Below are positions 14,801 through 26,600 of a stretch of 64,000 bases of DNA, piece by piece. Under the pieces are notes generated by a model. It made no database searches. It saw nothing but the letters and a program-made list of their open reading frames with translations, and was not told the DNA's origin. The first letter of the stretch is position 1. Each line of letters starts with the position of its first letter. The translations under genes and the position numbers were made by a program. The DNA comes from Saccostrea cucullata (Eukaryota), in NCBI RefSeq assembly GCF_032062105.1, contig NW_026938995.1:124001-188000 (forward strand). Reading direction: 5' to 3'.

Positions 14801-17800
14801 TGTAGGAATCAAATATCATTGACAAACCTCATTAGCTAATTTATATATTGTGTACTCTATAGTTTTTGATATTAGATATATTTTTTTTCTTTAATTTCAG
14901 GAAGGAGAACAGTGATTTGAAGAACACCATTCAGAGTCGAGATGATGTGATTTTGGGCCTGAGGAGGGATCTGGCTGGAGCTCATGCCAGACTCTCAGAT
15001 ATTACAGGTAAATTAACAATGTGTGACGTTTATAAAATCATAGCATAATGACATAAAATAAAGCCAGAATAAGGTTTAGCAAAGAAAATCAATAAATTTT
15101 GCATTAAATTTGATATAGGGCATGCGCAAGGAATACTTTAATTGTGCATTTGATAAGGTTGTTTGTATTTAAGGTGAACTGAGTGAAAGTCAGAAGCAAG
15201 AGATGGAGAAATACAAGGAGAAGTTGACACAGAGGGAGAGAGAGATAGAGGGGCTGAGGCAGCAGATGGCCAAGTTATCTAAAATCATCGACAAACAGAA
15301 GGACGAAATCAAGACATTACAGAAACAACTCAGGTCTGCATTCAAGCTTATTATTTTAGTTAAATTTCAAGAGAAACCTTGTTATGTGATCCAAATTTAA
15401 CAAGAAATATGTTATATTCCCCAATTCTAAAAAGAAATACCAGCAATCGATCCTCCTTCCAAATGTAAATATCTTATTAATATTATCAATTTCCAAAAAT
15501 GCTGTGAATGATATTCATCTCTTACAAAAAAAAAACTTTTAAATTTTAATATACATAGGCATGTATGCACATCAATATATGGCATAAAAGATTTTACATA
15601 TACACTGTATCACTAGATGAAATTTTTTATGATTTTTGAGTTATCCTAATAATCATCATTAAAGGACTCAGTCTATTTCAATGTTTTGTAGTCTTCAAAG
15701 AAGATTGTTCACTGTGTAGAAATGCAACTATGCATTGTTCAACAATCAACAACAATGTAAATTTAAATCATTGTGTATTAAAAGGTTTATAAATAAGACT
15801 GCAGCCAGTATTTTAAAAAATATTAATGTTGTGGAAATTTAAATGCCCTAGATATTTATGAATGCATACTGTTGAAAATATATTAAAGATTTGAATGATA
15901 CACAATACAAAAAAAATCAATAGGCTTATTGACTTAGGATCATACTTTTTGTGATATTTAATTAGTTACACCTTAGTGTTTAGACTGTAATATACAGCTC
16001 TCTTTCTCCCCTTTACAATGGATATTTGTATATAGGTCCTACAGGACAACAGATATAAGAACTCTGTGAGAGAAATATTAATTGAGAATGTGGTTCATTT
16101 GATAGTGAGGAGAAGGCCATTTCTATCAAATTCCAATCCAACATGGATGAGAAGAACAGAAGAATCAAAGAACTGGAATTAGACGTGGAACGCGAGAAAC
16201 TGGAGCAGAAGAAACAACTGGATATCCTGGATCAGGAGGTAAGACGAATCCTGTTATCTGAATGTTAATCCAAATTCCAGAAGGTGAGACTAAGTGAGGG
16301 ATTGTCCAATTTTGAAAGGGGTTGTAAATTAATGACAAAGAACAAGGTTTGGTGAGGAGAAAATTTGGTCCATTATCTGATAAAATTGGTGATAGTTTGT
16401 AGTGAAAGTCTTAATAAACTTTTGTTATTAAAATGCTTCTTCTTGCAACTGGAAACTGGCTCACCCATTTTATCCCTAAACCCAGTACCTGATTTAGGTG
16501 TATTTGCAGCTGTAAATATGAGCTACTGCTTTGGTCTTTCATGCTTGTAACAGTAATTATTCTATGTCCCAGGAGAATAAGTCTTGTTTTTAAATAAGAA
16601 ATCTTGTTTGGAGACCTTTACTAAGGTTATGTGGAATCTGTTTTACAGGGCAGAATAACCTCAGAGCTAACAGCCCTTGGGGCTCAGTGCCGAGGGGAGA
16701 GGCATGAACAGGTGATTTCTCGACAGAGAGAGGCACTGGCTGAGCTCAGACACAGGTGTAAAAACCTAGAACAAGCAAAACCACCATGTAAGTCATGATA
16801 CTTTTATTCTTTGATGTTATGCTGAAATCATGTGTATCTTGATTTGGAATTAGATTTGTTTTGGAAATTAATCAAACTGAAGTAAAATGTTAAAATTATG
16901 CATACCATACAATGCAAAAATTTTGATTTTTAAAAATCTTTTGAGAATTATCTCTCTTTGTATAGAGTCATTCCTCCTTTGCTAAAAAAAAGTTCAAATG
17001 GAATGAAAAAAAACTTGTCATGTTTTCGGCTGATAATAAAAAAAGTCATTTAGATATCAATATGAGAGGGTATCAATTTGTTGCAGTGCCAACCCAGGAT
17101 CAAGCCCTACAGCAAGTGATTATGCTGAAGAAAGAGTTGGCAGAAATCAAAGCCAATCAGGCTTTATCTGAAAATAGCGAGCTGTCCTCAGGACTCGAGA
17201 GGGAAGTCTCCAGGGCCAGGGGCATGCTGGGATCTGTCAATGCGGAGGCGGACATGGAGAGGAGCGCTCACAGGGAAACCATGGATGCCTTGGATGCCAG
17301 TGAGAGCTCAGTAAGTTATACAAAGTTGCTTTACACATTAGATTGGAATCATCATACATAATATAAACAATATTACTATAATGCAAAGGAATTGCAATTC
17401 ATTGAGCAAAACAAAAGCACATTTATTTCCCTCATTCCCAAAATATCTTATGCAGACATTTTATTTTTAAATGAAGACTTGAGTTAAATATCTATAAAGT
17501 ATGTCATATAAGTATTTTCCTTTTTATTTCAGTATATAACCTTACTGAGGGCTATGGCCAGTTGTCTTGAAATGGAGTCAGTTGATGGACTCCGTCCTAT
17601 TGGTCACATTCCTAAGGATGAGCGAGACAGACTATTGGTGGAGAGAGAGAACACCTGTCAGATTCTAGCCAATAGAATCAAAGTCTTACAGGAGAGAATC
17701 GCCAGGAAGGAGGAGCTACTGCAGGGATATGAGAGAGATCTGGCAAAACTGAGGTAGAGCATACAAAACCCTTCCAAGTTTTCTAGACTTTAGTTGGTTT

Positions 17801-19713
17801 TAATGTGAGATTGCACACTGTCGTTTATGTCTGGTTACAATCATCAACTGCAATCTTGTTGAGACCTCTATGGAACATCTCTTTTGTCTTATTATTTTGA
17901 CATTTTTGATATCTTAAACTTTCTTTTCTTGGTTGCATCAAGTTCTAGATAATGAAGTTTGAGTGTATCTGTTATCAATATAATAATTAACCTTGAATAT
18001 CAAAATGTCTTTTCATGTTTATCAAATTCATCATGACCCTGCAGTGTTATACATTCTCACTGCATATTATATCAGAAATAGCAGGTTTATTTTTGATATG
18101 GACAGAAACTTCCTGGATTAATGGAGAATCTGCACTTTGAACAAGGACATATTTGTGATTGCAATTAATAGAGGCAATACATGTGCATTAGGAGTGAACA
18201 AGTCTTCTCCAATTAGACATTTGCAATTATTCTAGCTGTGCCTCAAATTTGACTGAATTTCCTGTACTAATAGATTTTAACTCTTTATATCTAAAATTTT
18301 AAAGTACATGTACCATGTGCCCCATGATAGTTAAGGAAATGAATTTGAGGGATAATTAAGTCTCAGCTTAAAGTGGATTTCTACATGTTTCTGGGGTCTT
18401 GGTGTTTATTCATTTAAGGAAGACCATTAGGATCAAAGTCCACTTCATCAGCATGCAGTTTTCTGAAATTTCTGTATCAAACATAAAGCATGAAAATGAA
18501 TTGCTACGAGTGGGAACTTGAACTTTTAATGTGATTGATTTTAGACATATGATTGTAGACAGGAAATGCCGTAACTCCTTCCTTCCTTTTATTTCAGACA
18601 AGCCCAGGAACTAGCCAACAGAAACTCTAAACAAGTGGATAATCTTGCTGTAAGGAGTTATAAATAGAACTTAAGCACTAATCTCATGATATGACATAAG
18701 TTTATATTAAGTTAAAAGAACTTTTACAAAAATATAATGATTAGAGAGGTTTAGCACCATTTAAACTGTATTGGGGAAAGTATTTATAATGCAAAATGAG
18801 AGCTTTCTTTTAAAACTTCATCCACTTGTTCAAGAATTAATAAACAAATTTGATTCATAAACAGCTTTAGTATACCTGGCTTTTAATTTACAGAATGATG
18901 TAAAGAGCAGGACAGAGGAAACTCAGTATCTGAGAGAGTCACTGAGTCGGACGAGAGATCGCCTCGACCAGGAGAAACGGCTCAATAAAGCAATTAAACA
19001 ACGCAAGGTACAAATACTACTGTATTTCACCTGAAATATGGACTATTGACCATTTAAAGTAGAAATTCTGTAAAAATAATTGATAAGAACATTTTTCAAT
19101 GTGATGTTTTATTTTTAGACTTTCCATTTGGAGAATGAGAGAATTCACCAGCAGCAAGTCCCAGCTTCTCATCATTGTAAGGAGGAGGACATTTTTGGAA
19201 AGGTTAGCTTAAATCAAAACAAATAATTTAACATACTAGTGGTTTTACTAATAGTGCAGCATAAATTTGTCTTATGTTCTAAACAGATTACCCAAAGATG
19301 TCTTATTCTTTTGTGTAGGTCATGTAATACTGGAACTTTTTTCCAGGTGCCAGCTAGTTCTTCAATTTATTATATTAGAATTATTTTTTTTTTTGATTTT
19401 TCAGAATTCAGCTCGTAGGAAAGCTAGTAAGGAAGCACTGAAAAGGAGGAATTATGAAATCAACACACTGAAGAAAGAACTGTGCAGCAAGGAGCAGGCA
19501 TTGTATGACACAGAAAACAGACTGTATACACTAGAGCACAGTATAGTAAGTATATTTACAACTACCAGCTTTAATAGGTTACAAAAAAGTTTCATATTTT
19601 GTCATCCAAGAAAATCAATGAAACTCTTTTATTCTGTTAGCATGTAATGGGGATTTTGTTTTATTTTTCAGGGACTAGAGGATAAAAGAGAACAGGAGAT
19701 CATAGAGTCTTAG
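5846..19713 (+). CDS. FHAD1: Forkhead-associated domain-containing protein 1 (FHAD1-like; N-terminal FHA domain plus long coiled coils), ~26 exons
   Basis: Exon 1 (5846-5941, [20 protein letters not shown]) and exon 2 (6312-6518, [45 protein letters not shown]) form an FHA domain. GT-AG-flanked heptad-rich exons follow at approximately 6886-7225, 7360-7442, 7603-7842, 8202-8375, 8499-8590, 8750-8830, 11385-11597, 11973-12213, 12416-12614, 12913-13101, 13357-13484, 14054-14380, 14608-14751, 14901-15007, 15174-15333, 16106-16238, 16649-16787 ([25 protein letters not shown], resembling vertebrate FHAD1), 17086-17310, 17533-17753, 18598-18649, 18894-19007, 19119-19202, 19405-19545 and 19672-19713 (TAG). 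Internal boundaries are approximate. Confidence 0.88.
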
Positions 19714-20722
19714 TGTTTAACAATTGGACACAATATTGGCAATTACTCCAGATGTGCATTTAAAGCTGAGAGAATAGGCATAGATTCCTTTTTAGAGAGT
19801 GCTTTACTATTTATACTATTGGTCCATGCTTTTATAGTGAGTTTAATATACCATTTGATGGTATAAAATGAAAAAGGACCATTGAGTCTTACACAATAAT
19901 AACCCGTTGGGAGAATACACTGCATAAAAAGTTTGTCTAATAGAATGTATGAATGTGATTCTGTGATAGAGAATTCAGGGTTTTTTTCTCTAGATTTTGT
20001 CAATAGTTAATGTTTTAATTTGAATGATTTAAAATGTATGGCATTATGTTTAATTAACTGTATTTTAACACTGCTTAAATGTAAAATATATGTTTGAAAA
20101 AAGTAGTGTTTGATTTAGAGGACTATTTATATTATTTTAGTTTTTGAATTATTTGAATAGTTACAATTCAGCAGTTATGCTGCAAGGCTTAACTCTACAT
20201 AAGGACTTCAATATTGTAACTGGTTCCTTTTGCTAGTCCACTAGAATTATTAATAAATTATGATGTTTTTGTGTGTATGAGAAGGATGGGAGATATTTTA
20301 AACATCTATGTATGATTAAGCGCATCTGTGATACGTAGCTAACATGGAGTTATATATATATCTGGGTTAGGGTACCTTTACATAGCAAGATCTCTGTTTA
20401 GTGGAAATCTGTAAAAATTTGTCTCTTCAATTATTATACAATTTCTTCCAAGAAAATTATATCAAAATGTGCATGTAAACAACCTGCATGAACACATTCT
20501 GTCAGACCTATTTTTACATTGATCATAAAAATATCATGAATTAGGAAATATTTGTTCATATTTCAGTCATTTACACTGAAATAATTTTGATTTTATAAAT
20601 TCTTAGTCCATATTAATTTTGTTTATTGTTAGATGACTTTTTATATACATTTATATATTAGTATGCTTTGTTTTTGTTTATGTAGATTTTGTGACATAAG
20701 ACGAAAATGTCAACATTGTTGT

Positions 20723-20728
20723 AATAAA
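20723..20728 (+). terminator. Candidate polyadenylation signal of FHAD1
   Basis: AATAAA ~1 kb after the stop, followed by a GT/T-rich stretch (GGGTTTTGTTGCTTTTGT). Another AATAAA lies at ~20252. Confidence 0.4.
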
Positions 20729-21299
20729 TGGAAGTAGAAACGGGTTTTGTTGCTTTTGTCATCATTTTACTTTCAGCATTCAAGAGAATTATAGCCATAG
20801 CTTGAATATGGTTTCTGATAAGCAGTTCACTGATTTAACAAATTGGGATGGTCATCCCCTGGACCAATGAGTTACAAATCTGCGGCTGTTGTGAATAGCG
20901 AATGTCAAATATCAGGCAAATGCAAAGCTGGTCAACCGTCTGTAATAGTTTGAGATCTCGAACACTTCATATATATGGATATTAGTATTTTAAATGTTAC
21001 TCTTTTTTTACATGCTATTTTTTTTAAGTCCAAGTTAATGGTATTGGTTTATATACAACATATAATATTTACTCAGCCTTCATGGTGAAATAATTAAGTT
21101 CACTTTCATGAACAAACACATGGTGAATTATTACTTGAAGCCTTTAAAATTAATTGATCACTTCCTTTTTTGCTATTTGTTTTTACTTATACTAGTATAT
21201 ACCCAAAGCAAAACTTTTAAAGTTTTATTTTGGTGAAATACTAGTATTGCCTCTGTCTTTTATTTATGCAATTTTTTTTCACAAATGAAAGTGATCAAT

Positions 21300-21920
21300 T
21301 TTCTAAATAAACCATGAAAACATTAAAGGTGGGTTTACGTGCCACGGAGGAGTAAACATCCCCTATGGACCGGTCACATCCGCTGTTTGTTACGTGTCAT
21401 GATCTGAGAAAAGGGAAAATAGTAGACAATTAAAATGTAAAATAAAAATAATGGCCTAACAATTTGAAAAAGAACTCCATGCAGTTAATATTCGACTTAA
21501 CAACAGATTGTATTTGACGATAGAATATGCGAAATATTGACTTTAAAGGAGGCTGTTGATATCACTGTATCATCCATTTTATTATCAATAGCTTCCCTCT
21601 GCTCTTGCGTATCGAATTAACTGAGAGACATAAACTCCTTAAGCAGGTAATAATGATATATTGCCATATAAATAATGGAAGTTGACGATGGAGAAGTTGA
21701 GGTCATCACATTTTTTTTCTTCAGTTACCATTAACGTTTTTTGGTAGTGAAATATCCAAATATGAAACAGATGTGTCAGACTTTGTAGTGTCTTTCATTT
21801 CGAGTTAAAAGGGATACACAAATGTTATTCATATGAAGCAGAATTTACACACAAAAAAAACTTCTCTATGAAAAGAAGAAGTCTCTTACTGGCCCTTCAA
21901 TTCAACATTTAGTTAATATA
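21300..21920 (-). mobile_element. Degenerate Penelope-like (PLE) retroelement fragment, 3' part
   Basis: Similar to 27830-28510: GGAGGAGTAAACATCCCC..ACCGGTCACA terminal block, GGAAGTTGACGATGGAGAAGTTG (FxIVNFP on the minus strand), AAATATCCAAATATG..GATGTGTCAGACT. Confidence 0.55.
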
Positions 21921-21949
21921 TTAATAAACCATTTTCATCTTAAGGCTAC

Positions 21950-23330
21950 CCTTTGTATATTTGATAGTTTAATTCTCATGACATGGCCAATCCATTTCCA
22001 TCATTTCTATTTAATCTGGTCAGATATGACAACTGTGTGCGTTCTTTCATACAGCTCCTCATTGGTGATCTTGTTCGGCCAGAATATCTTGAGTATTCTA
22101 CGGATTCATCTTGTTTGGAAGGTATCTAGTTTTTGAGTGATGTTGTTTGTCACCTTCCATGACTAAGATCCATAAAGGAGGACTCAAGTGACATTTGTTT
22201 TGAATATCCTTATTTTGGTTTTAGTTCCGACAATTAAAGATTTCCAGATGTTCCGCAGGTTGGCAAAGGTGACATGGGCTTTTGCAATTCTATTTTCAAT
22301 GTCCATCGTGGAATCTCTTCTGGCTGCCATGATATTTTAAATTGACTACTTTCACATTCAGTTTTTTGTTTGCTGTAACTTCCTTATCTATCTTTGTATT
22401 TATATTCATTAGCTTTGTTTTGTTTGGATTTATATTTAGTCCAATTTGTCTGCTACACTTTATCAGGTCATCAGTTTTTCTTTGAATATCCATATATCGT
22501 TGTGTTAGTAAAGCATGTCATCTGTTAAGTCAAAATCTTCTAGTGATTGTTTAAATGTCCAGAATATTCCTCTACTGGCCTGACTGGTAGTGAATTCCAT
22601 AACCTATGCAAAAAGTAAAGATCAGTGGTGACAGCAGACATCCCTGTCGTACCCCCGCTTGGATTGGAAGCAGTCTCTTAGTTGCTGCAGATCACGTTTG
22701 CCTGGAAGTCCTTGTGTAGCATCTGAATGATGGATATGATCTTGTTAGAGATGCCATAATTTCTACGGATCATCCATAACATAAAGCAGAACGATGTATA
22801 CTGTCAAATGCTTTGGCAAAATCGATGAGATTTGTATACAGCGTAGCGCTCCAATCATTGCTCTGTTCTAAAATTTGCCTCAAGAAAAACATCTTGTCTG
22901 TGCATAATTTCCTTTTCTAAATCCAGCTTGCTCGGTAAGAAGGCACGGGTCTCCCACTGAGGCCATTCTATTTAGGATGACTGTGCCTATGATTTTGCTG
23001 GTAACTGACAGCAACATGGTTCCTCTTCAATTATTTGTGTCAGCTAAGTCACCTTTCTTGGGCAGCTTCACTATGAGACCAACCTTCCAATCCTCTGGTG
23101 CTGTTTCTGTCTACCAAATAGATTGCATGATATCCGTGAGAAGTCTGGGCGTTAATACTTCCTCAGCTTTTACCATTTCTGCATGTACCTGATCAATCTC
23201 TGCATGGGGCTTTCCCATTCTGTAGAAGTTTGATGGCATGTTTCATTTCCTCTATTGTTGGTGCGTTGGTAACGATGTACAAAGTCTCTATACCTTCACT
23301 AATTGCAGCGTGTACTGTTGATGGGTATTG
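21950..23330 (-). mobile_element. Decayed RTE-clade non-LTR retrotransposon (RT region)
   Basis: Minus-strand remnants with many stops and frameshifts: GKAP..D, WKVGLIVKLPKKGDL, NLIDFAKAFDS, GVRQGCLLSPL, IGLNINPNKTKLM, RRILKIFWPNKITNEELYERT. Confidence 0.8.
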
Positions 23331-23676
23331 TCATTACGTTCTTATCTATGTTTTTAAAAGCCATATGTAATCACAAAAGTACAGTTTTTTAAAACTGTGA
23401 CTATATTTCAATGATACTATGCATAAAAAATACAATATTTTCTTTAGTTTTTACACTTTTTATATCAATAATATACATGATATATACAGGTTTAAATATA
23501 AACAGTAAAATTGCAGAAGAAATATTACTAAACCAGCTTAAACGCGGGCTATGTATTTTCTCTGCTACCATTCTCCCATGTTAAACAAAGAAAGAAATTC
23601 CTTTTAAGTTAAATTACTCTTGTACAATAACACTTAAGTCTAAAAAGTACACACAACAGTATCTTCTCTACTGTTT

Positions 23677-26600
23677 TCACTTCAAATCAATGGAAAACAT
23701 CCTTTTAACCAACTGGAAACCACTTGACGATTGTATACGATCCACTGCAAAAAAGATAAACATAATTAGTTATAGAAATGATACACCATTATTATCTTAA
23801 CTAAAACATCGTTTTTAATATTAATAGTTGTTTGATATACCGGACTGATCACCTAATTTATGTTTTCTGAGGACTGGGTTGGATCCTCTGATTTCCAGCT
23901 GACACTGAGTAGAAATATCCGGAGATTCTGTCTGACCAGTCTGTATATCAGTTGCGACCGACTTGTTATTAGATTTCTTTGACAACCCGCGATGACTAAG
24001 TTTTCGAAAACGATGTGATCGATGCGACCTCATAGAGTTTGTTTCATTTGTATCCGTTGATGATCTTTGTGATCTTACGGACGCCGTATCATTTGTATCA
24101 AGTGAAATATTTCTCTCTGCTAACCTTGATGAAGGTTGTGTGTATGCAGAGTGCACTGAGGAACAACTCGTGCAGTTTGAGGACGTTCGTAGAAAATCCC
24201 GCCTTTTTCTGTGTCTTCTGCAAGATGAACAGTAAAGTCGTCCAGATGTTGAACCGGATGTTGAAGCAGCTGGTGTACTTGGTTGAATTTCAATCCTAGG
24301 AGCCTGTGACGGGGCTACACTTGGTTGAGTCTCATATGAAAAATTCCTGTAATAACGAACATCATCTACGTACGACGAAGTTGTATCTGCTGATGATGCA
24401 GTAGATGACGCCAGTGTCTGGACACTGTCGACTCTTGGTGGAGCTGTGGGATTTCTGATAATGGGTGCAGCTGCTGTGGGGTTTCTGATAGGTGGCGCTG
24501 CCGGAGGAAGACGATGATTGGTTGGCTCAGATACAGGTGAGGATGGATCGTTTGGAACTCTGAGAGTGTAATGATTTCCACCCCGTGGACGCCTGAATAC
24601 AGTGTCATAAACACTGTTCAGCTTGATCTTATTTCTGTTAGCAAAAGAAATTTGGTCAACGTATGATTTTATATCACCATATTTCACGCGTATCAGTTAT
24701 GCTCACTTGTAAATATGCTAGGAAGAATTTGGACGTTTCATCAAAATGGTATATATAGCACCTATTTCATATTTATATATTACCTTTACTGATATATGTT
24801 AAATATACCTAGAATTTTACAAAGTAAATTTACCTCCTGCAGTAAATGAGTCCCCCTATACATAGGGACAGCGACAATAAGGCCACAGTTACCGAGACAA
24901 TCGTCCAAATTATCTCCTCAGATACTCCTGTTTCTGGTGAGAAAGGATAAAAAAAACATTATTTCAGGAGTTATGATTGAAATGTAAGTGGTTTGTTGAC
25001 GTTTACCATTAAATATATATTTTGCGTTTTGGAGACTTAAGATACAATGTTTTCTTCCTATATGGTTCATCTCGTACCTTCTTTTTCGTCCGTCATAGGT
25101 TTGCTCTCAGAATCAATGGGATGTGGTATAAAGATGGTTCGTGACGCCTTCTTTTCTTGACCATATTGTATGGTCGTCACCATATTTGAATCTTCTGTAT
25201 CTATTAACATTCAAAATTCAGTGTATAACCTTTCTGAATATAAAAAATTATCTACATAATGGTTTAGCATAATCAAATGGAAAGCATGTCTTTTCCCCTT
25301 TCAAAATATTCCCCAGAATTTATTACTAATTTATTAAAGTTTCTACCTGAATTTAAAAATATTTCTAGAACTAACTTCTATGATAAATGTGATTCAGGTA
25401 TTAATTACTTTTTCTGAAACAATTATCCGGATTGTCGATGTTTCTAGATTCTAGACCGCTCTCTGTTATACTTATATATTGCTTTTTATCTGACAACAGT
25501 ACATGTGTAAAAATTCTTAAAAATTAAGAGCCTGGCTTTTGTGCTTTTTTTATATTAATTTTTGTATCGTGTATGTTTGTTTGTGGGGTTCTTCTTTTAT
25601 TTTTTAGAAAGGGGGGTGTTGGTTGTTGTTTGCCTTTCTTACTCATACTACAATTAGAACAAAATGAAATAACTACTTGTGCAAATAAAGAGATGAAATA
25701 AATATAATAAAATACATTCTTAAATTCAGATCATCTTACTATGCTCGCAAAGGGCCTTGTGAAATTCGTTGCAACTTGTTTCCATTTTCTGAAATCTGTT
25801 TCCAGCTTTTCGCACCATCTGACATTTAGTTTGTGTAGTTCCTTAAGAAATAAGTATTTCAAATCAATTGAACAAAATCAAATAAAACATGTTCCTCAAA
25901 AAATCGAAAAGTTCGAAATCTGACAATCACTTTGTTGATATCTGCATAATGCTTATAGAATCTGTAATAACTGATATGGACAATAATACGGCATATATTT
26001 TAATTCAATGTGTCTTTTCTTATTACAAAAAAAATAAATAAAAAATAACGAAGAAAACATTATATAATTATTATTCTTTCAATATTTAGGTAAATAGTCG
26101 AGCAACTGGCGGTTGCGGGAGGTTTCTTTACTCTCTCTTGTGTCTTGGGCCTAAGACTTAATGAATTTACTACCTGCTAATGCAATTTTGTTGATAATGT
26201 ATTCTTCTCCTCTAGCAAATCCTGCGATTTCACTTCGAATTTTTGAGATCATATACGCTGAAGTAATGTTAGAGATGCTATTGCATAAACGCCAGTGTTT
26301 TACACCCATACCATGTGCTGTAAAAAATTAGAATATAAAAGACATGGATACTTCTTTTCTTCAGTTTACATTTTATCAGATTTCTTATATAAATTATGTA
26401 AAAGGTGATGATTACGATCCATTATGATGAAACATACGAAGATAACGAACAATAATCAAGCTCAAAAGTCCATAAAACAATACAAAATAGGAGCAGAGCA
26501 AACTCGGACCTCCAAAACATCAGAGGTGGGATCAGGCCTGGGGGCCATAAAACTTAGACGAGCTCACTTTTGATCTCAGTCTCACTTTTTTTCAAAGGAA

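Noticed and set aside
23821-24687. ORF-track proteins of 288 and 292 aa (also 32358-33236) as single-exon genes
   Set aside because: They are exon 8 of the spliced receptor genes extended into intron sequence. Homology stops at the splice sites.
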